64,000 nucleotides of DNA from Glaucostegus cemiculus (lineage: Eukaryota). The stretch lies in assembly GCA_976551045.1 (NCBI GenBank), contig CDPCPM010000011.1:15190001-15254000 (forward strand), read 5' to 3'. The translations under genes were made by a program, and so were the position numbers. The notes beneath the pieces are model-generated. The model worked only from the letters and a program-made list of their open reading frames with translations. It had not been told where the DNA came from and did no database searches. Shown here piece by piece: positions 27,150 to 38,285 of the stretch (position 1 is the stretch's first letter; each line of letters starts with the position of its first letter).

Positions 27150-28080
27150 CTTTGACCAAGAGTAGGGTCAATGGTTAGAAAAAGTGGTTAAAATAGTTGA
27201 AGCTGATGTGAGAGAGCAATGTCAAGGATGGAATTTTGGATTAGACAGGGGCGCAACACTAAAAAAAGATTTATTATATTGTCAGAATGTGGTCATGCTG
27301 GCAAGGCTTAATGTATCATCTGGAATGTTGTTAGAGCTGCATGAATGGGTGTATTGTGGACAGTGGAGGGACACTGAGGGCTCAGCAGATGAGCCCACCC
27401 TTGTAGCCTTGGCACTGATAAGCTTAACTGGAACAACCAACCAAATGTTCAGTCAGTGTCCAGACCTCAGCGGTTAATAAAACCATTGAAGAGCACTGGA
27501 AGATGGTGGGTCATGTTTTTATTGGAGGAGCCCTTGCATTCCATTTATATAACACCAATTTTACCTATCACTTACAAGCTCAAGCCTAGATTGTACCTCT
27601 GTCCTGCTGCAGCTAGACCCAGCATAATCACTTACAGAAGTTATGAGTGGAGCCAAGCATTGCTGTATCAACCTAGCACAATGCTGTCCCTGCAGTTATG
27701 ATCAAAGGATGGTCCCTGAAGCAGCTGGAAATGGTGTGGTTGAAGATCTGGCTCGAGGAACTCTAGTAACTGTGATCTGGAGCTGCTGTGATTTGGTTTT
27801 AACCCCCAAACCCCACCCCAACCAAAATTATCTTTGTGTCAGGTTCAATTCCAATTATTGGCAAGTTTTCCCATTGGGTCTTTGATCACAGCTTCCCCAG
27901 GCAACCCAGTGCTATATAATGGTGTATGGTTTCTTGATGGTGAGCTCAGCCATGCACACCTCTCTTCTGGCATACAAAAAACAATTATCTAGTGTCACTC
28001 TATTGCAATATTGACAGCTGCCTTCATTAAAAGTTCCATGAACTTTGCTGCAGTTTGAGAAGGCTGAGGGGACGTGAATG
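27150..28080 (-). mobile_element. Old CR1-clade LINE, RT part (related to 16515-17520)
   Basis: Minus strand gagttcctcgagcc...ccatttccagctgcttcagggaccatcc at about 27700-27765 aligns by eye with the RT core at 16645-16710. Confidence 0.5.
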
Positions 28081-28209
28081 AGCTTTGTTGGATTTCTTGC
28101 TATGTTTCTTTAAGAATAGGACATATCTGGACAATTATCCACACTTCCAGGATGTTGACAGTAACAACATTGCACTGAAGTAGGTTAATCAGATGACTAA
28201 ACAACAAAC

Positions 28210-28620
28210 CGCTGCACCTGTGGAGGCAGTGGGATGGTCGATGTTTTGGGTCAAGATCCTGGATCAGGACTGAGAGTGCCAATAGTCCATTTGAAGAGCT
28301 GAGGGGGAGGGGTTTGACAGGGGCTGGTAGGTAATAGGCAAAAACAGGTGAGGTGGGTGGGTGGGTGGGGGTGATGGGAAGATGGAACCAGGAGGGAGAA
28401 GGGTTAGTTAGAAGACATAGGCTGTAGATGATGGGTAGAAATGAATAAAGGAAAGAAAACATAGACAGATGGGGAAGGGAAGGTAAGGACAGAGACTGCA
28501 AGGTAATAAGTGGAAACAAATAAGGGAGGGATGATGGGCAAATGGAGCCAGATGGGGGGGGAGGGGTTTAGAGACGGAACCTAGTTGATGGTAGGTGGAA
28601 ACAGATAAAGAAAGAGGGCC
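28210..28620 (-). mobile_element. Penelope-derived short repeat with decayed hammerhead
   Basis: Minus strand AGTC-CTGATCC-A-GGAT-CTTG-ACCC-AAAA-CAT-C-GACC (28236-28271) followed by cccactgcctccacaggtgc. Confidence 0.7.
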
Positions 28621-28749
28621 AGATTGTTTAGTGACAAGCCAGGCCTAAAAGGTGTACCTTGCTGGAAGAGGCAGGGTAAAATCAGTGTTGTGCAGTGGGC
28701 CAAACCATAGGCACTATGCTGTAAACTTCCATTGCAAATGCAGGCCAAG

Positions 28750-29352
28750 GCAACAGCGATGTGCCACAGGGATTCGGGCTGGGCCTTCAACTTCTCATAA
28801 TTTATATAAATGCCTTGGATGAAGGCACTGTACACATCTTTGCCAACTTTGCTGAAAACCCAGAGATAGCTAGGAGAGTAAGTAGTGAAGAGGACATAAG
28901 GGGGCTACATAGGGATACAGATAGGTTAAGTGACTGGGCAAAGATCTGATAAATGGAGTAGACAGACTAGACTCATATAGGCAGGAGTGGGAGTCTCCCT
29001 GGTAGTGTAGCAGTTAACGTAACACTGTTACAGCACCGGCGATCCGAGTTCAATTCCGGTCACTGTCTGTAAGGAGTCTGTACGTTCTCTCCGTGTCTGC
29101 GTGGGTTTCCTCCGGGTGCTCTGGTTTCCTCCCACATTCCAAAGACGTAAAGGTTAGGAAGTTGTAGGCATGCTACGTTGGTGCCGGAAGTGTGGCGACA
29201 CTTGCGGGCTGCCCCCAGAACACTCGACTCAAAAGATGCATTTCACTGTGTGTTCCAATGTACGTGTGACTAATAAAGATATCTTATCTAAGAATATAAG
29301 ATGCTGAGTGGTCTTGGCAAGGTGGATGTAGAGAGAAAGTTTCCTCTTGTGA
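28750..29352 (+). mobile_element. CR1 RT fragments (28750-28960 and 29293-29352) separated by a SINE
   Basis: VPQGFGLGLQLLIIYINALDEG...FAENPEI...LHRDTDRLSDWAKI*.ME, then YKMLSGLGKVDVERKFPLV after the SINE. Confidence 0.75.
29000..29290 (+). mobile_element. tRNA-derived V-SINE with Rex/Babar-like tail
   Basis: A-box-like TAGTGTAGCAG, B-box GAGTTCAATTCC (29046-29057), V-domain, tail tttcactgtgtgttccaatgtacgtgtgactaataaagatatcttatct; many CpGs retained. Confidence 0.85.
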
Positions 29353-29354
29353 AA

Positions 29355-29880
29355 GAAAAGCCACTCTCCACTGGTAATATTATGCAGTCTTCACTCTGGT
29401 ACATTGATAGTGTGACAACCATAATTTCTGATTTTCACTACAAGAAATTTGCCTTGTGTTGTGCGTTCATTACTTTCATGCCTCTTTCTAAAGCAAAATC
29501 ACAATACCATTGACATGGTAATGGCCACTGAACTCTTGGATTGATACCAAGCTATGAAGGCATAGATTTTGGTGCTGCCCAAGCATGTTGCTGCTGCTGT
29601 TTTGGGTTGCTAGATCTGTTCTTTTCTGTCTACCATCTAGCACAGCAGTTGTACCTTGTTAAATGATGAAAAGTGCCATAATGCAGAGCTGAGACTTAGC
29701 TTTTACAAGGACTGTAAAATTGCAGTTCCCACTCATTCCATTATTTTTGTGACAAGTTAGTTGGACAGGAGGAGGTCAAGCATGTTTTCCCTGCTGTCAG
29801 CTCCCTTAGTACCTGTCATGGTCTCAGAATCAGCAGATATGTCCCTCAGTACTCAGACAATTAATCAGCAGATAAACCAT
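29355..29880 (-). mobile_element. Old CR1-clade LINE, endonuclease/linker part (likely continuation of 27150-28080)
   Basis: Minus-strand peptides ENMLDLL (about 29770-29790) and RTDLATQN (about 29600-29622). Confidence 0.5.
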
Positions 29881-31472
29881 TTAGTTCCCACAATGAGATT
29901 ACTTCCTGTAAATACTGCCAAAATCCATTAATATACTACAGAATACTGCACTCTCCAGACATTTGTGAACACCCATTATGCAAAATCTACTCTAAACAAG
30001 CTGTTATCTAGTTAAAAAGGTGTTTCAGTTAATTCATTATATAACTGGAGTTCCAACACAATCTAATAATAAATACCAGCCAATCAGATTAGCTACATGT
30101 AAATGTTTGCTTTCATCTTACTTTCCTTTTCTTGATCTCTGTAAGTGGCAGGTTATTCCCAGGTTAAATGGCCATCTGAGGAACTGAAGCATTTGTTTAT
30201 TTTAGAAGATCCTGAATGGTTATGCATTGGAGGGCAAACTGATGCCCTCCTGTGCTGATCTTGCTGGAGTATGAGATGGGTTAGCAGGGCATCTGATTGA
30301 CCAAAGACAGTCAGACACAAGCACTGAGCCACAAACCACTGCACTAGAAGAAAGGAAATTGCAGGGGTCTGTTTATCTTTGATCAACATAATCCCTCAAC
30401 TTTCTACCATCTGAGCAATGTACCTAGAATTTCATGTTATTCCCAGTAACTTTGGAGGAAATTTGTATGACAAGCCAAAGAAATTCTGTAAGGAGCCAAT
30501 AATTACCAGTATCTTAGGACTTCCATCAAGGTACAGTCAGACATTAAGACAACCTTGCAGCAATCATTAAGTGATGATGTTTATTCAGGGTACAGTAAAA
30601 CTGCTCTGGATGAGTCAAATTCAGGTCAATCAGCGTACTATCTTACATTTGTACTGAATTTGAAATGAGGCATAGGAGTGTGACTTCGTGGTTTAATGAA
30701 TTCCTGTCCTGGTTTCATTCCTTTAAAATAATTTGCTCTTAAAAGAAATAGCAATCACCCAAGTGTTTTAAAACAGTTTTGGGGTATGAGAAATGAGGCA
30801 CTTGGGCCTCTATTAATCACTAGCAGAATTATGTGAGGAAAATGACTAAATTACTGCCCCTGTCATTTCTCTAACCCCTCCCCTTCCATTTCTTCACCCA
30901 CCCAACCTGGTATCCAAACAACTGCACCAAAACGGACATTGTCAGCTTTATATACTCTATCTCTGCCTTTCAAAATGAACAGGTGACTTGCACACATCAT
31001 TGTTTAAACACCCATAACAATATGCATGAGAAGAAGGCCATACCCCTGATCCACCCCGTGGATGAGTTGCCGTAAACCCACTGGGACCTCAGAGGACAAG
31101 GATCACTGCAGGATGTCCTGTGATTGCAAGCTAGGTTTCTTCCCATTCCACACCACTTCGCCGTACAACTCCTGTTATATTAAAAACTCTTCTTGCAACA
31201 CCAGGGCAGAAATTTGATCAAAAAAGTGGTGGGCAGAAACTTTCAGTGACTGTGAAAATATCTTAAACCCACATTTCTAAACCTGTCATCCACGTCAGCG
31301 GTGCAGGGGATCTTCCTCCTTGGTTATTCCTGTGATTATTTGACTCCCTGATGGTCCTGACTGTCTCCAGTACAACAGAGGAAATGTGCTCAGAATGGCT
31401 GGGTGCCCTTTTATTCGTCTGCATTCTTATGTTAGAGATACATGGAGCAAGGTGCCCCAAATTCCCCCTTAC

Positions 31473-31635
31473 CTTCAAATCAGGAATGCCGTAGCCTTTT
31501 CTTAAAGTGATCTGGAAGACTTCTAATGAACTGATGTAGGCCGCAAGCCTGGTAAGACTCTGTTTACCACTCCCTCCAACACCAACAAGCAGTGCATTTC
31601 CTCTAGGAGACTCCAAAATCCTGTTAATTCGGCAG
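31473..31635 (-). CDS. DNAH9: Dynein heavy chain exon G (163 nt), AAA4 P-loop
   Basis: tgtcccag|CTGCCG...TTGAAG|gtaagg; [54 protein letters not shown]; phase 2 to 0. Confidence 0.96.
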
Positions 31636-31664
31636 CTGGGACAAATAAAACAGTAAGATAATTA

Positions 31665-31927
31665 AGATAAGATCTTTATTAGTCACATGTACATCAAAAC
31701 ACACAGTGAAATGCATCTTTTGCATGGTGTTCTGGGGCAGGCCGCAAGTGTCGCCAACTTCCTAACCTGTACGTCTTTGGAATGTGGGAGGAAACCGGAG
31801 CACCTAGTGGAAACCCACACAGACACGGGGAGAATGTCCAAACTCCTTACAGACAGTGGTGGGAATTGAACCCGGGTCGCTGATGCTGTAAAGTGTTACA
31901 CTAACCACTACAATACCGTGCCTGCCC
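31665..31927 (-). mobile_element. Second copy of the Rex-tailed V-SINE, in the 358-bp intron between exons F and G
   Basis: B-box GGGTTCAATTCC (31862-31873, minus), same tail as 29000-29290; candidate TSD AATTA at 31660-31664 and 31928-31932. Confidence 0.85.
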
Positions 31928-31993
31928 AATTACTCACGAGTTACAATCATTTTGCATCACTAAAAGCACTAAGGAAAATGTATGCATTCTTAC

Positions 31994-32190
31994 ATGTGAC
32001 TCATGGCATCCTCAAAAAGAACCAAGCTCATTGCAGCATTTACTTCATTGTAGCTATCCAGCGCTTCCATCAAGATTTTATTCAAGGATTCCCAGTTCTG
32101 CACAGGCATGTACTTGGGTTCCCCAATCCCACTGGAAAAGTGGCAATACATGTTCATAATTTTAGCCTGCTCCAGTGTCTCCTCCATGTC
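31994..32190 (-). CDS. DNAH9: Dynein heavy chain exon F (197 nt)
   Basis: ccctag|GACATG...CACAT|gtaag; DMEETLEQAKIMNMYCHFSSGIGEPKYMPVQNWESLNKILMEALDSYNEVNAAMSLVLFEDAMSH; phase 0 to 2. Confidence 0.95.
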
Positions 32191-32858
32191 CTAGGGAATA
32201 AAAGCCAAATGTCAATTTTTTTTGGTAGAAACCAGTTTTGGCCTTTTAAAACATAGTCAATGGTTCTTGTTCATTAGATACTTGTGCGATATTTTGAATA
32301 GAGAAAGGTAACATCGTCACTCTTCCATTGCTGACAGTACTGGTCGCATCAACGGACTCCACTGATGTTTATCACAAAGTAATGTCTAATCGGATGTCTA
32401 CCCTGCATTTTACCTGGGTTTTCTTTCTCTATTTGTGTCTATATCTATTACAAAATTTTGTCTTGTGATAAAAATTAAAAATAATTGTGTGTGGTAAAAG
32501 CAAAATGAACCTGAAGTCAGCAGAGACAAGTTTCTGAATTTTGTTTTGAACAAAGTGTTTTATCCCTTCTATTTTGTCCACGATCACATTGGATTCACAC
32601 ACTGTTCTACAGAATGAATGGCTAATGTTTGCCCCCCAGTCTAGTGGTGTTCTATAGAACATGGAGGGTGAGTTGTGAAAGGAGAAGGGTTGATTTCTGC
32701 TCCATTGTTGATAGGCAAAACAAAATAGGGCAAATTTAAACAAATCAATTTATCATGACTTCCATGATGTTTGCCGTATGGTTTAAAGGCAATTTCTTGA
32801 ATGACTGATATGCCCTCATTAACAAATTTTTCTAAGACCCTGAAGCTATAGCACATAC

Positions 32859-33020
32859 ATCAAAGAACTTCTTCACCAATTCCGTCTGGATATTATCAAA
32901 GACGCTGAAGTCTTTTTCATCCATCATCTTATCCCTATAGACACGATTAGACTCATGCTGGTATAACTTGACCAGATCTTGAGTAGTTTTCAGACAGTCA
33001 GGTGTACTGAAGAGAACACC
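32859..33020 (-). CDS. DNAH9: Dynein heavy chain exon E (162 nt); not in the ORF track
   Basis: ttcacag|GGTGTT...TTTGAT|gtatgt; GVLFSTPDCLKTTQDLVKLYQHESNRVYRDKMMDEKDFSVFDNIQTELVKKFFD; phase 0 to 0. Confidence 0.95.
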
Positions 33021-34089
33021 CTGTGAAAAACAAACACTGTGTTATCAATGCTAGTAATTTGGTTAAATGAAATAAGTTGTACAATTATACAGTGTCTTTC
33101 ATAACCACACATGCTCAGAAATGTTTTACAATAATAAAGCACTTCATTTTTAGACCAAGGTTAATGGGATTCTGTAATTGATCAACAATCCAGGTTTAAT
33201 TCTTGTTCAGGATCTTCATTATAATTATTTCATAATTCAATATCTTGTAGCAACATAATCATAATGCACAATTGTCAGGAAGGGAAGTTGTGGAGGTGGA
33301 AGGAATCAAGCTCCAAGAAAAATATTCATACTTCTTAGGTGCAAATTTTCCTGCAATATAATGTTATTTCCCCATGCTTAAAATGCTTAGACACAGATGT
33401 CCAAAGGGCTAATTTTATACTTCCAGGAGAAGTGTTCAACTTAGAAGGCATATTAGGTAGACCATTACACAATCTATACCCTTGGAGTAAGAAAGCATGC
33501 AAATTTCCATAGTTAACAGAAGGAACTGTGGCAAAGGAAGCCAAACTGAGCAATCAGCCATGTGTAAAAACAATATGGAGAATTACCTTTGCAACCTTAA
33601 AAGAGTATATTTTTCAGGATAACAGGAATAAAATATAGTACAATTAGAACTAACAAACAATGCTCTTACGGCTGCCTAAAGGTCACCAAAGAAGTAGAAT
33701 GCAGATAGTAGACTAGGAAAAAATATTTCTTCAAGGGAAAAGAAACAGCTCTGTAGACACCTGAAAGCAGAGCTTCGGCAGATATCTCATGTGTTAAAAA
33801 AGATGGTGGTTAGAGACACTGCAAGGGGGTTCAGTTTCTCCCCAACATGTCATGCATGTTCTTCCATGCTTTGAAAGCCATCTACAAGGCCCATCCAACT
33901 GAGAGCTAAGAATGAGGGTGAGCTCACTCAGGGCAGAGAGTCAGTCTATGCCTGCTGCTAAGACCATCTCAAAGACCTCCTCAATTGTGACTCCATCCTC
34001 AACAGGAGTCCCCTGATCTCCATGACCACAGCAAGTTATTTGGGCCTCTTGTGAAATCCTTGAGGTGTTGATGCTTCTCCTGGTTGGGT

Positions 34090-34435
34090 TGTTTCGAACC
34101 AGGAGTCACAGAGTCAAAATATGGAGTCAGCCATTCAGGACTGAAAGAAGAAACATTTCCACCCAGGTGGTGAATCGTTGGAATTCTCTACTCAAGAGAT
34201 ATGTGTACGCTAGATCATTATAAGTACTGGAAGTGGAGGTAGATACATTTTTGAAAGATTGAAGGATTGAGGACTATGGGGAATTGGCACAGAGGAACAG
34301 ATGCCCGAGGTAGATCAGCCATGACCATATTGAATGGTGGGACAGGCTTGAGGACCGTGATGGCCTCTTCCTGGTCTTCTTGTGTTCTTGTCAGCAGGCA
34401 TGAAGGGCCAAATGGCCTGATTCTATTTCTTTTGT
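34090..34435 (+). mobile_element. CR1 LINE 3' end
   Basis: gtggtgaatcgttggaattctctac...agatcagccatgaccatattgaatggtggg...gaagggccaaatggcctgattctatttct. Confidence 0.75.
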
Positions 34436-37400
34436 TCTGATCCACGAGTCCCTGTCATTTACATTTAAAAGACTGTTAAGTTCTAGCAATGTTCCCAAGG
34501 ACTGGAAGGAGGGTCATATGGTCAACATTAAAACAGGGCAATAAGTAAAAGCCAAGAAATTATGACTCTATTAAAAAGACAAGCTGGCTAATTTCAAGAT
34601 AAATAATTTCTCTCTCCAATCCTATTAGGTGATTAAAACATGTTAATGTAAGAGAAAAGCTGTGCATGCAAGGGCAGCGTGTAATAGGAAAACAGACAGG
34701 GGAAAAGAAGAGGCACCCATGGGACAGATGGCACAGCATGATTTATGAGTCATTCACATTTCAAGATCTCATCATCACTGCACCTAACTTAAATCAGCCA
34801 GTATTGGTCTGTGATTGAATAAATCAGATAAAAAAACAGGTTTCCTGGGAATAAGTTTGCAAGAAGACAAGGGAAGTATACATGCAGAGGAGCACGTATA
34901 AAGAAACCAAGATCGGTAAGAAAGATAGAAACATTTGGGATCAAGGTGCTAGAAATGAACTGGATGCTTTCGAGGGACAGATTCTGAAAACTTGCTGAAT
35001 GCCTTGTAAAGATCAAGAATATCAGAAATGGATTTCATGCAGGCAGTCCAATTTTGAGATCGTGTTGTCCCAGAATTGTTAACTATCACTATTACTATGT
35101 GTGGAGAATAAATCTTTTTGACTCTAAACAAATGGTGTCACATCAAATCTATTAAAAACAGAGTGAAATCTCACTCTTTTACTATCGGTAGAATATATTG
35201 ACTGTAGTTAGCATTACGTTATGCCAACTAACCTGTCTGGAAAAAAGATGGGGATACACAATTTCAGGAGACACAAGAATAACCCTAACTAGTCTCCCAC
35301 TTGCCCATCATTATGGTATAATTTGTATGGACTGACTTCTGCCCCAAATTTGACCTGATTCACCACTCTGATGAAGGCATGCAGTTATGTGATCAAAATT
35401 ATCGCTCCACTAGAGCAAAGGTCATATTTTAAACATCTCCATCCAGTCACCCCAACAACCATGTTTTTCTGAATGTAACACTTCTAGGCTTATTTGTGCA
35501 AAGTGTTGCAAGTTAGGTTTAAGTTATTATGAATCTCTTCTAAAGCTTCTCTATTGTTTCTATATCACCCGCTCTGAAATGAGACTAATAACTGGGCAAT
35601 GTTAAAATTGTAAAATCTATAATCCAAGTGTATGTCGGTGAGAGGTTAACAAAACATTGTAGTTGGTAGTGGAATTATTACTGAACATTCATTGCCAAAT
35701 TAGGCAGTCTAATTACTATAAAACATGTAAATTAGTCTAATTTTAACTTGGAAATGTCTCCAGTCTTTTTCACAAACATGGCAATGGGCTTGGTCTTCCT
35801 AAAACAAAACTTGGTCTTCCATTTGAATATAACGAACTGTTGGACACATTTACTCATTGTACCTTATAGGTAAGGCTAAATAGGAGCTGAACGTGATCAT
35901 CCAACTATTTAATGAATGACTGAAAATGGTTGACAGAACACAAGTAAAGTTTAAATGTGTACAAAGGATGAGATTATAGTTTCATCATTCACACCATTGT
36001 CAGGGAACATATGTTTTTTTGATGAGAAATTATAGCAATAATTGCTTAATAATTGGTAATTTACCAGAGTAAATTAAGCTAATGGGTTACAGGTAGGATG
36101 TGCCAATGAGAAAAGGAATAACAACAGTTCCCATTTCTCCTACAATGCCATATTCCCACTGTCATGTCCGAATTGAATGAATGCTGAACTTCCATCTCTC
36201 CATTTCGGTGCTTTTTTGTTTACAATGGCAAATTGTTTGAAGAAGCTTGATACATTCATCTAACCAAAATTTTGCAGCAGAGAGAGTTGCATCCAATATG
36301 CCTTCTGAAAGGTATGCACCATTTCAATTTCGTTCAAGACATTTGCAAAAGAGTCAACAAATGTGTCTTTCTGATTATCTTTTGGAGATAATGGATTGAA
36401 AAAAGAACTAAACTTATTTTCCCACAGAGTCAGATGACATCATGCCATTCAAACCAAACTCAAGCAGCAAAACATGCTGGTGAAAGAAAATCCAAATTTC
36501 ACTCACTGGTAAGACAGCTGGCAGTGGAGCAGCAGAATTGCAGCTGGGGGGTGGAGACCAGAGGAGAGAATGAATGCGGGCTGGGATGGTCATTGTTGAG
36601 AGGGCAACAGGGGCTTCATAGATGGCTGGCATTGAGAGAAATGTGGGGCAGGATCCTGCAGTTAAATTGATTGGAAGCTCAGTCTGAGGCAATACGAGCA
36701 ATCAGAGTGGGGGCTGTGGCCCACGTTCTTTAAACAAAGAGTTGGGATGATCACTACTTCACCTGCTAGTTCCACAATCAGTTCAGTAAATTCCTGTTAG
36801 CAAGTAGCTTCAAGGCTTAATTTTATTGAGTGCTGTCATCACCAATAGTGGCTGACTCATGGCAAACTAATCTTTTAACGGTCACCTCAAAGTGCAATGA
36901 GGCCCCATATTTGCTTATGCCTGTTCCAAGCACAGGCACTGTTTGTCCAGAAATGATTACAAGGTCCCTGCAGCTGAAGGCTTAATGCACTAGCTGACAG
37001 CCCAATTTATAAACCATTATATTCAAGACCAATAGACCATGAACAAATCTTCATGAAGGTAATTCAAATTTGTTGTTCTGAATGGAATAATGGTAAAAGT
37101 TATAAGAGACAATAGAACAAATGGAAAGCAGAATTGCAACACTTCCATCTTGATTAAAGAATGAACAATGGAACACAGTTATACATTGGAGACTAATAGG
37201 CAATAGGGAGTGATAATAATCCAGTATTTTAATGGCACGTTCATACAGGTTTTGTAGCTTTTTGTACAAATATAGTGACAGTTAAGATTGCAGAGTGTCT
37301 ACGCTTAATTATGGATGTGACCATGAGAGTGATTATCCAATGGAGCTGCAAAATTGCAAAAAATTTCTTCACTTGAAATTTTCACATTGCAGGAGAATTT

Positions 37401-37764
37401 TGAATTTACAAAGTGCTGCCTATTTGCTCTCAATTTTGGAAAGCAATCAAACCTCTATGCGGCATGTACCTAACTCTGCAACTAGAGACCAGGATTAACT
37501 CTATAACCAGTGGTACACAATGTTAACACTGCTGAACTCTAACTGAAATTCTTCTCAAAACAGATTTAAGTGCATGCATGCTCACAGTCAAAATTGAACA
37601 ACTGTCTTTGCCTCAGCAAGGGGGAAACCTCATTCCTAAATTACCTCATATCTATAGTTCCAATTCATATAGGGCCACTGCAGGACTCAGTGGCATACTA
37701 GCTCTCCACATTCACCTATTTGATACCTCAATTGTTCAAATATGGTGGCTGCAATACTCACAGT

Positions 37765-38285
37765 CTTCTACAGTACAGATGCATTACAGCTTGTTTGGCA
37801 GCTGGTCTGCCCAAGACTGCAAGAAACTGCAGAGAGTTGTGAATGTAGCCCAGCCCATTACACAAACCAACCTCCCTTCCACTGAGTCCATCTATGTTTC
37901 TCACTACCTCAGAAAAATAGATAACATGATCAAGGACCCCTCCTACCCTGGTCATTCTCCCTTCTCCTGTCAGGCAGAAGATACAAATGCTTGAAAGCAT
38001 GTACCATCAGGCTCAAAGACAGCTTCTATCCCACCTATATCAGACTCTTGAATTGACCACTCATACACTGACAGATGAACCCTTGACTTCCAAATCTACC
38101 TCGTTGTGGCCCTTGCACTTTATTTGTTTACCTGAACTACACTTTCGCTGTCACTGCAACCCTATATTCTACATTCTGTGTCCTTTTTACTGTCTCAATG
38201 TAATTATGTATGACATGATCTATCTGGAGGGCACACAGAACAAAACTTTTCACTATGCAAGTGACGATAATAAACCAATACCCTA
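37765..38285 (+). mobile_element. Rex1/Babar-like LINE RT C-terminus and 3' UTR
   Basis: FGSWSAQDCKKLQRVVNVAQPITQTNLPS...IKDPSYPGHS, ending gataataaaccaatac. Confidence 0.8.

Noticed and set aside
29000-29075. tRNA gene (A and B boxes present, also at 9180, 31862 and 50836)
   Set aside because: No cloverleaf or poly-T terminator; each continues into a V-domain, so these are SINE heads.
35365-35400. CTGATGA as another hammerhead core
   Set aside because: No stem II followed by GAAA and no Penelope-family flanking block.
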